DNA of 64,000 bases from the human T2T-CHM13v2.0 reference genome, Homo sapiens. Positions 1 through 12,954 of this stretch are shown one piece after another (the first letter of the stretch is position 1; each line of letters opens with the position of its first letter). The stretch lies in NCBI RefSeq assembly GCF_009914755.1, contig NC_060925.1; one strand, 5' to 3'. The notes below the pieces were generated by a model, which was given only the letters and a program-made list of their open reading frames with translations, was not told the DNA's origin and searched no databases. Position numbers and translations under genes: made by a program.

Positions 1-199
1 GCTGCCAGGATTTGTATGGAACGTAGGGTATGAGCTGGGGCTGAATAAATTGTATGGGGTCCAGCCAGAGAGGCGGTTGCCAGGGGCAGGTTGAAGGCAC
101 ATGAAGTGAAGCACAGGCTCATGTCATGGTGGCCTGATCCAGCAGGAGCCACAGATGCCACCCTCAGCAGAGGAAATCCCTTACACATGGCCTCTATTC

Positions 200-330
200 C
201 TGTTTAGTTCTACAAACATTTACTGTGGCTCCTATTTTGTTGTCCCGGCTCTGTTCTAGGCCCTAGGGACATACAGCTAAATAAGGGAAGGTCTACCCCA
301 TTAAGTGGCTCACAGTCTGGGGTGGAGGGA
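200..330 (-). mobile_element. L2 LINE 3' fragment
   Basis: caaacatttactg..ctgttctaggccctagggacatacag..ctcacagtct resembles the reverse L2 3' end. Confidence 0.55.
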
Positions 331-1059
331 AGACCTCTAGAAAGAGAAAGGAATGTTCAAGGTGCTGGTTATGACTCCAGCTGAGTGTCATGTGATTTTT
401 TTTTTCCTAACAAGCTATAGTATGCTTTGGGCATATGAGTAGGAGATTTGTGCACTAGGAAGTGGGTGCTGCTACCCCAATAAAACACTCTTCCTCCTGG
501 GCCAGCAAAGATCCCTTTGGACACCTGATCTTCTGCCCTTTTCCCACGGGGAATCCACTTTGGTCCTGTTCCATTCTCAGGAGAACTCATGCTGGATGGA
601 AAGTCACAGAACATTTTGCTGTGGCCATGCATTGCTTTCAGGTCTAGCCTTGGCTGAGCCTGATGCTGAAAGGAGAAGTGAGGATCAGTTAGCCATTTGC
701 TATTCAAATAGTATTTGTTTTCATTGTCTCTTGGAAAGCTGTGGGTACTGTTCCAACCTTTGTATCCCCTTTCTGATCTTAGTCTGCTGGGAAGGACTCC
801 ACCTTCTTTATTAGCAAGAAGAAGAAAGGGAGGGACCATTTGCTTCTCTCTAGGAATTTCTTTTCCTCAATGGTCAAAATTTCTCATGGTTTCATACTTG
901 TTTTTTCAGATCTCTGGGAATACACAAATAATAAGACACAAGTACCATCCTCAATTGCTGTGCAGGGTCATTGGGTAGAAAGACGTAACTGTAGGTAAAC
1001 TGCAAGACATTGCAATAAATGGTATTTTGGAGGCTTGAATAAAGAGCTACTGGGGCTAC

Positions 1060-1395
1060 CTACATAAGCTGTTCCCTTTCTAGAAATGCCCTTCACTTGA
1101 AAACTCCTTGTCTTTGTTTAAGACCCTGCTCAAAAATCACTCTGTCTTTGAAATGCCCTTGATTACTGCGTGAAGAGTTGATTGCTTTATTCTTAGTGCC
1201 TAGCAGTGCTTCATTTGAAATTCTGAGATAGCACTGATAGCAATGTCTTACAATTTATACACTCTGTGTCTTTCTCCCTAATGTATCTGTGAGGCAATCC
1301 AGAGCGGTGCTAGTATGTCATTACTGGTGTAGCCCCAGAATCTACAGTGGTGGCTGGTATCTAGAAGGGCTCAACTTATGCTTCCTGGAAGATTA
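1060..1395 (+). mobile_element. L2 LINE 3' fragment
   Basis: gctgttccc..gaaatgccctt..aagaccctgctcaaa..tagcactgatagca pattern typical of the L2 3' region. Confidence 0.6.
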
Positions 1396-2148
1396 GGTAA
1401 AGCCACAATGACTTAACTTTCTTTTCACTCAAGATCTAGTTCAAAGGGCAAGATGAGGCCAAAATGTTGAGTTGAGATGTCTCAGTACCATACACTAAAC
1501 TCTGAGTCATGTGACCAGATAACCTAACCTTCTCAATTCAGCCAAGTAAAGTGAGAGCTCCAACACCCCCCAGCAGAGTGCATGTGTAGCATTTTATGGA
1601 AATCATCTCCCACCAGAGACAACTAGAGCCTCCCCACCATGGCTTCTGAGTTCTTACTGGCTTACCTCAAGAAGTTCTCAAATCCTATGTTGATCCTGGC
1701 CTCTGTAACCAACATTTTTCAGTGATAATTTGAGGCACATTATGTGGCATTTGGGGCTAAGAACCAGAGTCAATGATTGGAGTTTCAAGATCTATAATCT
1801 TGGACACTGTTCTCTACTTATTTTTTCAGTAATGGGAGCTCAATGGAACTGAGTAAATGGCTGCTTGAGCAAGGATAAGCTTCCTGGATGATATTTAGAA
1901 AAGTGATCACTTGATAGAATGTGCTCTATACATCTGTGTATATATAGGGGACACACAGTTCTAACCACTATTGAGGAGCATGTGCTTCAGCTTTATCTCC
2001 ACAAACCATACAGAGATGCAGTTAGAGGCTTCCACATGATTTCTCCACTTGTGGATCTTGACAGTGCATTAACAGCGAATACATTTGTCATCAGGATTCA
2101 GCCAGAATACCAGAATAATCTGCACAGTATTTTGGCCTTAGTTTAGAT

Positions 2149-3031
2149 GTGTGGTTCTCAATGGGGGAAGTACTGTCCCATAGGGACATTTTGGAAAGTA
2201 GTAAGGGTAGTTTTGATGTCACAATCATTGGAAATTACCACTGGCATCCTTGCTAAGATCAAAATAATTGGAAATCACCCCTAGCATCCTTGGGCAGGCA
2301 CCAGGGATCATAGATATTCCTCTAGTGCATAGATAGTGCCACTGAATAAATTTTCCTGCATCCTGCTTGACTCTTGAATGCCATGCCAAACATCCACGTA
2401 GATGAAAAATGCATTTATAATGATCCACATCGAGAAGCTCATTCCATTTTTGATATAAACACTTTAACGAGAAGTATTTTTTGTACTCTTTAAATATACA
2501 TTCCCAAGAAGGCAGCTACCATGTTATTGAAGGAAGCTTGCCTTTTGATTTGTTCACTAATTTCACCAAGAGTTGTTCTCCATTTTGGGAAGTCACACCA
2601 TTGATGCAATGCTGCCCACAGTATCTGAGTCACTCAGACCACACACCAGAATCAGCCTCGTTTGGAGCTGTTGTAGTCATGCTGACTCTACAAATACATA
2701 GTGATACACTTTGTTAGCACTTAATTCAAAATGTCAACATAAAGAAAAATACCTATCACGTTTGTTGAATAGTTTCTTATTTTCCTGAAGTCTGAACATG
2801 TTCACAGGAAGTAGGTTCAAGCATTTGATTACTTTGTCTTTTAATCTAGTTGTGTCAGAAGTATTTACACATGAACATTTTTATTATTTCATTGTAAATT
2901 ATTTCCTCTTATAGATAGAGCATTCACTTTTTTTGAATTTATATAAGGTAGGTCATACTATGTTTGGATTTTCAAAACCAAATATTTGCCATAAAAATGG
3001 GATTTCTGAGACTGACAAGATTGAGTGACAG
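2149..3031. mobile_element. MER20B-like hAT-Charlie DNA transposon relic
   Basis: Starts gtggttctcaatgggg..gggacattttgg (MER20 terminus); flanks gtttagat / ttttagac resemble a decayed 8-bp hAT TSD. Confidence 0.6.
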
Positions 3032-4459
3032 TTTTAGACAAACATAGGAGCAACTGGGACATAGGAAAGGATTAATTATTTGAGTATGGTGAGAAATGAT
3101 ATCAAAATGGACCCTTGGGAGTGACAGAAAGTTTAAAATAAAAAAAAAATGTAGGATTGAAGATTTGAAGCAGCTGACTTCTTTAGTAATGCTAATGTTT
3201 ATCAAATGCTTCCTCTGTGCTGGATCCATTGCTGAGAAATGTTCTTTGTTACAGGCTGTCAGACAGCCTGTGCTGTCTGATGCCACACAGGCAATAGGGG
3301 CAGAGCCCAGACTAGAACAATGTTTGCCAGTCTACCAAGCCTGCCCCCTCAACGATACCCCATTGGCCAGTTTAGTCTGTGGAAGACAAGCTTGAACTTC
3401 CCCCTGGCCCCTACTGGACAGGATCTCTGTTGAATGGGTAGGAGGACATCTGACAAGCTTACGGGCTCAGACTGCCTTGGTTTGATTTCCTGCTCCTGCT
3501 ATGGCTGAGATCTGTGGAAAGGTTGGGCTGGAATGGGATTTAGGAAGGGTAAAATGTCCTGTTCAGTAGGTCTGCTCCTTTTCCTAAAGACATCTAGGGG
3601 CATATCTGTTTTGAAATGATATTTACACATGAACCACGTTTCATCAGTAAAACAAATTGTTTAATAACAGACCAGCAACAGGAACTCCTTTCCAATATAT
3701 TTAAAATCTTGTAGGCTCTACAAAAGTTCTCCAGTATGAGTTCTTTTAATTCCTTCAAAAAGACAGTTTTAACTTTGCATTGCCACAACTTCCTGGACTG
3801 TGGCTCCTTTCCTTGCAGTTTCAAAGTGTGGGAGGAATTCCACAACCACCTACAACATCTCTGTTACTCTATTTCAGATAGAGTGAAAATGAATTCTAAA
3901 CATCAGTGTTGGCTTCTTCACGTTCCCCGTCGTCTTGGGGGTGGCACTATACAGAAGTGCAGTTATGATGAAGAGGCAGCTAGGCTTTGGGGAGTCCATG
4001 TGTGGCCACCTATTCTTCCATATGTGTGTCAATGGAAAGTGCTGCTGTCCTGTCCATGCTGTCCCCAGCCCTGGAACCAGCCCACTCTCACCTCCATTGC
4101 TTTGTACACAAGCACTAGACTCTGTTTAAGGAAATCCTTCCAGAGCCCCCACCTGGAGTTTACCCTCAATCCCCTTGTTCTCCTTTCTCTGCCTTCTCAA
4201 TATTGAGCCCCACATTCCAGCTTCATCTCTGCACCTGGCCTCTTCTGTTTGGTCACTTTCTGGAGCCTCAGACTCCCCTTCTAACTTTGTGGTTGATGTC
4301 TTCCTGTGGAGGTTTAGCTCAGCTTCTTATTCAATTTTGACTTCTTTGAGGAACTACCCCAAGACTTTCAGAACCTCACTGACTAGGTCAGAACACCCCC
4401 ACCTTCCTCTCCTTCATCTCCAATGCCACACCTGGGGATGGTGGAAGGACTGAGAGTGT

Positions 4460-4850
4460 TCTTGTGGCACAAATTGTCTGTCAGGGATTCTATGCCTCTC
4501 CCATGGTGTAGAGTTGTAAGGACGCTGTTGCCAGCAAGGGGTTGTATTTTCAGCCCATTAGGTTTGAGGTGAAGACAGTAACTATTTCTTTCCAATGACG
4601 TGTGATCTGTGTCACTTCCAAGATGGAGTGGTTAAGAAGTGGGCCATCTCTCTTTCCCTACTTACTAGCTGAAGGCAGTGGACTTCAAGGCTGTAAGGGA
4701 GGGTGGAAGCCAGATGGCAGGGGTCTGAGTCACTGAATCACCACTCATCAGCAGCAACTCTTGTACTGGGTCTCAGTGAGCAAGAAATAGACTCTATCAT
4801 TTAAGTTTCTTAGGTTTGGGATTTAGTGTTAGATCAGAGGGCATTTCCCT
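4460..4850 (+). mobile_element. MLT1-type (ERVL-MaLR) LTR
   Basis: gtgtcacttcc..gagtggttaagaag..agatggca..gagtcactgaatcacc..gagcaagaaataga motifs. Confidence 0.65.
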
Positions 4851-6130
4851 AGTGTGTCCCCAGTTTCCTCACCTCTAGATGCTGGACTTTCATGGGGATA
4901 TCCAGAGCCTAGGGAAGACCTCAATCTTGATGTCAGGCTTGTAGAAACACTGTGTAACTGAGACCTGCTGATTTACCTCACTCCGGTTGTTTGCAGTCTG
5001 TAATAGTCTTGGACAAGTGTCTTAAGTAGTTCAAGTGTCAACGCTTGCATACATAAAAATGACAATATTAATAATATCTGGCTCTGATGACAGGATGCAT
5101 GGCTAGTGCTTAGTACAGAAATGTAGGAGTTGTTCCATAAATGCCAGTTGTTATATTAACACTTGATTTGGAAACACTGATGGCCTATCTTAGAGTCAGC
5201 TCTGATCTAGAATTCCAGGTGTTAGCTCAGGTTCTAAATGCTGAGTGGTACTCTGTGTCATTCCTCAAATACTTTCGAGTAGGAAATCCCGACTGTTTTT
5301 CTTTATATTCATATGCAATACCTCTGGCCACCAATTGAGTGGCGTTTTCTTTCACACCAAGCAATTCTTCAATTCTCTGTGGATGACAACTGGATGTCCT
5401 ACAATTCAATTCAATTCCCGCACTATCTACCTGGGCTTAGTGCAGATCCCACAAGTTAAGGGCTCAGTCCCACAAGATTGCTCTCCCCCAACTTTCAGAC
5501 ACCAATTGCAAATGAGAGGTTACCCACAACTTCTCTTCAACCTGGCTACAAATCTGAGGTTCCCATAAACCTCCCTCTTTAGGTTCAATCATTTGCTTAG
5601 AAAAGATCACATAATTCAGGAAAGCAGATTATTACTAGATTCCTGGCTTACTGAAAAAGTATACAACTCAGAAACAACCAGATGAAAGAAATGCATATGG
5701 CAAGGTATGGGGAAGGGGCACGGAGCTCCCATGTCCTCTCCAGCCAGCCAACTGCCCAGTATCTCCATGTGTTCAACAGCCTGAAAGCTAATTGAACCTC
5801 TTCCTTTTGGGTTTTTATCTAGCCGTGATTGATTAAATCATTAGCCGTTGGTGATTAAACTTAATCTCCATCCCTTCTCCCCTCCTTGGAAGTCAAAGAG
5901 GTGAGGCTGAAAATTCCAGCCCTCTAACCATATGGCTGGTTTCCCTTATAATCAGTCCCCAGTCTTAGGGCTTTCCAAAAGTCACCTCCTTAACATAAGC
6001 TCAGGTGTGATTGAAGGAGCTTGCTACGAATAACAAAAAATGCTCCTTTCACCTTTGTCTCCCCTATCACTTAGGAAATCTTGAGGGTTTTAGGAGCTGT
6101 GTGCCAGTACCTGGGACAAAGACCAAATAT

Positions 6131-6192
6131 AGTCGCCTTCTCTCTGTATAACTGTGTTCCTCATCCATGGATTCAACCAACCTCAGAAAAAA

Positions 6193-6236
<44 letters not shown>

Positions 6237-6500
6237 ACACCTGAACTGAAACTGTGCATGATTTTTTTCTTGCCATTATACCATAATCAATATAGTATAA
6301 CAACTACTTAACAGAGAACCTACATTGATTTAGGTATTGTAAGTAATCTGGAGATGATTTAAAGCATCTGGGAGGATGTGTGTAGGTTATATGCCAATAC
6401 TACATCATTTTATATAAGGGACTTGAGCATCCTCAAATTTTGGTGTCCTCAGTGGGTTCCTGGAACCCATTCCTTATGGAAACTGAGGGATGACCATGCA
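6131..6500. mobile_element. MER2 (TcMar-Tigger MITE) containing (TAAA)n
   Basis: catccatggattcaaccaacc..ggttatatgccaatactacatcattttatataagggacttgagcatcc..actgagggatgac. Confidence 0.8.
6190..6236. repeat. (AAAT)n microsatellite
   Basis: About 11 perfect AAAT units. Confidence 0.95.
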
Positions 6501-8130
6501 TACTTCTTATTATAAACCACAATGTCATAGCCTTCTTTTAGCTAGGATGAAAAGGTGGGCAGTGAACTAGAGTTTCTCTTACTCTTTTTCAGTCATAATT
6601 ATTTTCTTCCTGCTTGCCTTCTGGTGTCAAATTATTGAGTCTCAGTTGGTGCTCAGCCCAATGCCCAGTTCTTAATGCACACATGGGTCTCCCTCATGGA
6701 AATGTAATTTCTTTGGATTCTTTTGAGGCACACTTACCAAACTGAGGAAGGTGGCAGTGTGCAAGAGGAAGGCAGAAACAGAGCATTAATATGGCATTTG
6801 TTCCTGGAATATCAATTTAACTCAAGGTTAATTAATGTCAAAATAAGTATGGACAGGTTGTACTGTAGAGTAACATGCACACTTTATTTATTTGTTTACT
6901 TTAAATGATAAAACATGAGATTTGCTCTCCTTTGTCTAGGGCTGCTTCCTGGACAGCTGGAGAAACACTGCTCTAAAACCTGTAATGCCCCTTGCTGAAG
7001 CAGAGTGATTTTTGCTACCCATTTTGATGCCATAATTTAGATATCCATCTCACCTCACTGCACTCTCTTTACCTGGGACATTTTGGTGGTGTTACTTTAT
7101 TTTCTCTTCTCCTCTGGAGTGGATAGTTGAGTAATTGAAAACAATTTGGGTGGGGAATATGATAGGGCAATCAGTCCTGGATAAGAGAGTAGTTCTAGAA
7201 TATTTGAGAAAAAATGCTCACATTTTTCTATTAGTCAAAAAAAATAGTCAAAAACTTTACCCAACTCCTAATGAATATTAACAATAGGAATAGTCAATAT
7301 AATCAGTCTGATAAGGAATAAAATAAAATTGCACATTTATATGTGAATTTACACATGAAACATTTGTCCTGGGAAAATTGGACTCAGTAGCAATAATTAT
7401 TGCAAAAGAGAATGCATGACAGTTGAAGCTGTAATTGATGTCTCATGTGAACAAAAGCTAAGAATTGGTTTGGATGAAAATTGATTTTAGTGAAATAAAC
7501 ATACAAATAGAAAATAATGAAAATACTTAACCACATCGATAGGAATTGATCAAAGAAGTAACATGACTTAATAAATTTCCCTCTTGAAATATAATTACTT
7601 TTGGAAAAATGCTGATTTTGTGATTGCTTTTTATTGCTAAATCAATAAATTTCAAATTTTAGTATTTATTTTTGTAATGTGAGGTAAAATTGTTTCCAAG
7701 GACCAAAAATGGTGTCATTGAAATGATTTAATGGGTCAAAATGATGAGATCAAAATGAATCAAAACAGTGGGCCAAAGTATTCTGAACCTTTGGCTTGCA
7801 TGTGGAAGTTTTCTGGTAAAAGTTAATTAATAACCACAATCCTCATGCGTGTCTCTATGCCACCCACTATACAATGAAGTTGCCATGTAATATTTCATGA
7901 ATCCTTTGGATAATCTGTGTGATAGATGTTAGCACCTCTCTTTTGCAGATATAGAAACTTTATGTCAGCCTGTTCATATAGCTCATCTGAAAAGACTCAG
8001 CTTTTCATGGGTCTGTCTCCTAAGCCTTCAATACATTTTACCCCACTGCCACCCACCTACCAACCATTCTGAGATAGATTGAAACCCTAGGGCATCATTT
8101 CATTCATTGCCTCAATTCAGTTAAGTAAGT

Positions 8131-8801
8131 TGTGGTTAATTACACTACTGTTCCCAATAATTTGCTCCTATCCCTGTAGGAAGATTATATAATCATGTCT
8201 ATTGCTATGTGACTTTTTGTAGACTATCCTTGTGTGAGGAGTTTCCTGCCCTGCCTCAATGACATCTGCCTTGGTTGTCATGACTTACTTTGGCCAATAG
8301 AAAACAGGTAGCAATGACCTGTGCCAAACCCATGCAAAAACTTTAAGAGCAACTGCATGGTTTGTCATTGCTCATTTTCCCTCTACACAGGGTCTCTCAA
8401 CCTCACTATTAACATTTTGGACCAGATAATTATTTGTTGCTGGTGGAGATGGGGTCTGTCTTACGCATTGGAAGATGTTAAGCAGCATCCCTAGCCTGTA
8501 CCCACTAGATGACAGCAGTATCCATCTCTCAGTTGTGACTACCAAAAATGCCTGGAGACATTGATAAAATATCCCCTGGGAGGTGATATCATTTCTGGTT
8601 AAGAACCACTACTCTACCACAACAATGGTATGTCCCATAGAAGCTATTCCTTTATCCTCCATTCCAGGATTTTTTAAAAAATGTGGGGTGCCGACCCACA
8701 GCTACATGTAACATGTACGAAAAATCAACCTTTTCTCTTGTCTTTGTGATTCTGGGGTTGGTTGTTAGCACAACATAACCTAGTGAAAGCTGACTAATAC
8801 A
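8131..8801 (+). mobile_element. MLT1-type LTR interrupted by MER20
   Basis: TG start; catgacttactttggccaatagaa; 3' end gaaagctgactaataca. Confidence 0.7.
8388..8611. mobile_element. MER20 hAT MITE
   Basis: Termini cagggtctctcaacc / ggttaagaaccacta; ctctac on both flanks (decayed TSD). Confidence 0.85.
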
Positions 8802-9354
8802 GACATGTGGAGGAAAGTGCAGGATACATTAGAGATGGTCATATCTTATTAATTTTTTAATTAGATGAAAATGAAATATTTTAATAGATAATTGTTAAGA
8901 CTATCAGCTCATAGCTGTTATTAGTATAAAAAGTCAGTATCAGTTAAATAGAAAACATAACATGTATTTATCTTGTATGATTCCTCCTAAATGGAGTTAA
9001 TGAGTTGGGGAAATGACTGGTTTTCCATTTATATTTGGTTGGCTATTTGTCTCTTAGATTTTAATGGGGGCATGTTGGATCTGGGGGAGCAAGGGTAGTG
9101 GGAACAAGAGCTCTTGGGGAATCTCTGGAAGATACTCTAGCAGTGGCGGAAGTGGGACTTTCCCTACCTGCTACTGTTGGCTGGGCTACATTTCTTGGAG
9201 ACATTGGACCCTCACTCAATAGAGACTTTAGGAAAAGTCCCAAGAAAGATCTTTCCATTACTCCAGAGGAATCACTGAGTCGTACTTACCAGGAAAAGTC
9301 TGGTTTTGTCATGCTGGGAGTCAAATCATGGCGTGTATTTACACCCTTCATGAA

Positions 9355-9810
9355 AAGGCAGTGCAGTATGGTGACCATGAGTGAGAGCTCTGGAAACGCG
9401 CAGTTCTTTTCCAGGCGAATGAACTTAGTCGCTTGACTCTGTGCTTTGGTGTTTCCATCTAAAAATGGGGATCATAGAGGAGCTATATCACAGGTTTATT
9501 GTTGAATTAAATGAGATAATAGATTTACATTGATGCTACACTGGGCATGTGGTATGCGCTCAATAAATGCTAGCTACTACTGTTACTAGTTGTAAATGGG
9601 GATGAAAATGGGCTACATTTCTTGGAGGCATTGGGCCCTCACTCAAGACATGAAAAGTCTGGTTTTTTCATGCTGGGAGTCAAATCATTTGAAAATGGGG
9701 ATGATAGAGGCACCCACCTCACAGGACTGTTGTGAGGATTGAATCAATTAGTATATATGAAGTGGCCAGAACAGTGTGTAAGTAAAAATTTTTATTATTG
9801 CTAATACTAC
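9355..9810 (+). mobile_element. Two MIR SINE fragments
   Basis: Core aaaatggggat..acagg..ttgt..attaaatgag twice; tail gctcaataaatgctagcta. Confidence 0.7.
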
Positions 9811-10614
9811 TACCATCTCAGGGAAATCACCACATTTTAAAATTCTAATGCAATACCAAATTTAAAAAGCTGCTCTCATGTAAGTGTTTTCATACTAATG
9901 CCATGTGTTCTATATTTGAGTTGCAAAATATGTGATAATGCTACAGATGCATAGGACATCTTTTTCCATATAATAGCAAAGCTCTAAAACTCTTCACACA
10001 GTACCCCTGTTTCTGCATATCAGTGTTTTTAATAAAGTCACATTCGAATATATGGCTTTCTTTCAGGACCAAAATAAATGTCATAGGTGCCCACTGCTAA
10101 TGTAAACTTGAGTCTCTGGTATATTTATAGGAAATGAGCACTGGCTGTCTTTTATAAATGAGAAGATAGAATCTTAGAAAAGTGTTGGGCTGAAAAATAA
10201 GAGAATCTCAAGTGTGACCTGGAAGGGAACTTAGAGGTCTTCTATTCCAATCTTCTCATTTTACAGATAGCTCAGAGAAGTTCATTAACTTGCCCAACGT
10301 CAGGCAGCTGTTGAATGGCAGAACAGGGGCATAATTGTTTATTTGGTAATAGAGTATTTGATTTATTGAGGCCATCTGGGTTGATGGAGCTGGAACTTTA
10401 AGCCAGCTTAGTGCTCCATCCAGCCCGGCTCTAAGGGGTCCCCTCAGAGTCTAGGCGAGATGGCCAGTGGAGAGTTCAGGCACAGAGCAGCACCTAACCA
10501 CCACCAAGCAATGTCACACAATCTTTTGGTCTTTGGGCACCTGAAGGATGTAGATAGAAGAATACTGTATGCAAAATTAAAAGACCCTAGACTTACCCCT
10601 GGCTCTATCTGCCC

Positions 10615-10935
10615 ACCCCCACAACATTTACTGAGGCATAATCTACATATAGCAACCTTTTTTAGTACACAGTTCTTTGAGTTTTGACAAATGCATACAG
10701 TCATGCATCATCACCACAACCAAGATAGAGAATAGCTGTGTAAGCCCCAAATCTCTTTGTGCTTTTTCTATTCAACTATTTCCCCAACCTTCAGCCCTTA
10801 GTAACCACTGATCCATTCTCTGTTCTCAAGGCTTTGCCTTTTTCAGAATGTCATAGAAATGGAATCGCACAGTTTGCAGCCCTTTAAGTCTGGCTTCTTT
10901 CACTTAGCATAATGCATTTGAAATTGTTTCTGGCT
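10615..10935 (-). mobile_element. Old L1M 3'-end fragment
   Basis: gagttttgacaaatgcatacag..gtaaccactgatc..gtctggcttctttcacttagcataatg. Confidence 0.8.
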
Positions 10936-10954
10936 GTGTTCTTACTGTCTGCAG

Positions 10955-11120
10955 GTCTGTGGGTAAGTAGTTTAACCTGTTTCAGCCTCAGTGTCCTCAT
11001 CTGTAAGATGGGCATTAACACTTGCTTTGCATTCACGTTGTTGTGGTTAGAAAGAAAGAATGCATACAAATGTGGATTAAGTAAGAGGAAATGCAAGTGT
11101 ACAAATGTACTCATTATTTT
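10955..11120 (+). mobile_element. MIR fragment
   Basis: cagcctcagtgtcctcatctgtaagatggg core. Confidence 0.7.
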
Positions 11121-12954
11121 TGTTATGAAGTTGCCTTTTGAAGAGATTCCAGGTACAAAGGCAATCCTAATTGAAGTATAAACCCTGCAGAGCCTTTGTT
11201 TGTCTGATGAGCGGGGAAGAACCCAGCATCACTGTTAAGCTCTCCCCCAGCCAAAGGGCTCCACGAGCTAGTTCCAAGCCTCAAAATCTTACAGAAAACA
11301 CTTACCCAATAGGGACTGTCACCAGGGAATGTAGATCTCTGGCATATTGCTTTCACCATACTGCTCCCCCGAGGTGTTGGGAAACTTAACCTGTCCATGA
11401 CATACTTTGATCTATTTGGATGGAATGTAGCTTTTAAAACATGACCATTAACACTGCTAATAATTTATAATGGTAATTGTATTCTGGAAAAAAAATGAAT
11501 ATCTGACATACGGAGCACCAAACAGTTCCACAAGAAGATAGGGCTTGTCTTGGCTCAAAACGCACAGGGAAGAGGGTGAAATCCAGATTTGCATTTCCTT
11601 CTGAGTGTTATGTGATTCTGAGTTATAGAACACATATGACCAACATATATGCCCTGGGCATTTTTGCTGGGATGTGGAACCTGGGAGGCCAGTGTTCGAT
11701 ACTGCCTTCCCATCCAATTGACAAATGGCTGGCAAACCAGCCAGACAGGTGAAGACAGTGCGTAGCCAGAGAAGGCAAAAAAGCTGGGCAGAGATTTAGG
11801 AGACCTGATGCTATGTCTGGCCCTGCGATTAATTGTGTGACTTAGTGCTTGTTCCCTTACCTGCGAAAAAAGGGGGCCGTAGTAGATTACCCTGAAGGAA
11901 TCACAAGTTACCCCCGAAAGATAGAGCCCGACTCCCATCTCTGAGCACCAGAGCTAGGGGAGCAGAAAGCAGCAACCCTGAGCCTTGGAGTGAAATCTTT
12001 CAGAGAAGCTCCCTGTTTCCAGCACTAGCTGAATAAGATTCCAATAAACATATTGCTGAAATGTTTGTTTCCGGGTGTCATTTTAGACTGCAAGTAGCTA
12101 AAACAGATCTGGCTTCTATATATAGATTCCGCATTTGGTTGTGTTCTAGGAGGCTTTTATTACTACGCTCCCTGGCTGGCTCCCAGCTGAGCTTTTCCTT
12201 CAAGGGATCAGATTTTGGAACCAGAAAGTCAAAGAGGATCAGTGACCACATTAAGGGGCATCTCTCTTTCTCTCTGTCTTGCTCTCGCTCTCTCTCTCGT
12301 TCTCTCTCTGCTAATGCTGTATACTGCAGGTGGATGCCAGCGTGGACTGGCTCCTCTCTTTGTGCAAAGACTCTTAATAATAATGATGACAAAGCTAATG
12401 AAAACTGACCAGCCCCACTATGGGAGTAAATATAAGCAAAACACTCCTGACGTCCTGGGCTTAAAGGAAACATCATATAATTTGGGTTGAAATGAAGTGC
12501 AGATGATCACAAACAGCCCAATCTTTAGATAAGAGGACCCAGGAACCTCTGTGGATAGAAATAAAGGAAGGGGCTGTGAAGAATGGGTTTCTTTGGGGGG
12601 GTGGGTGTCTGAATTTTACTCATGAATTCTCCAGGGGAAGATATGCTGGAAATGAAAGGTGAAAGAAAGAAGGTGGAGGTGGAAGTTGGAGGCAGAGATG
12701 CAGGGAGGGAAAGCGGAGGGAAGAGGAGTTCCCTTAAAGAGACAATGTTGAAGCCTTGCAATCGGATTTTGTAAAACGTGTCCAGTCACTAAGAGACAGT
12801 CCCCCTACTGTGTGTCCTTTGTTTTCTGTACGTAAAACCTAACCTCGACCCCATGTTATAGTGTCTCCTCCCTTCACCTGCCTCTGAGATTTCTTTATGT
12901 TTAATCATCATGGATCTAACTGCCTTCCTGGTCTCCATATTTTTGTGCCTCACC

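Larger units (their letters stand above)
5270..6529 (-). mobile_element. MER21-family LTR interrupted by MER2
   Basis: cacaccaagcaattc..caattcaattc..cagatcccacaagttaagggctcagtcccacaaga; terminus gaccaaata|..cttcttattataaaccacaatgtca split by an insert. Confidence 0.75.

Noticed and set aside
369-4453. 156-aa ORFs at 369-839 (-) and 3736-4206 (+) and neighbours
   Set aside because: No recognisable domain or splice-consistent structure; lengths are within chance expectation for 64 kb read in six frames.
12061-12490. Overlapping 115-132 aa ORFs on both strands
   Set aside because: Kept open by the stop-free (CT)n tract (SLSLS / ERERE); no domain, no exon support.
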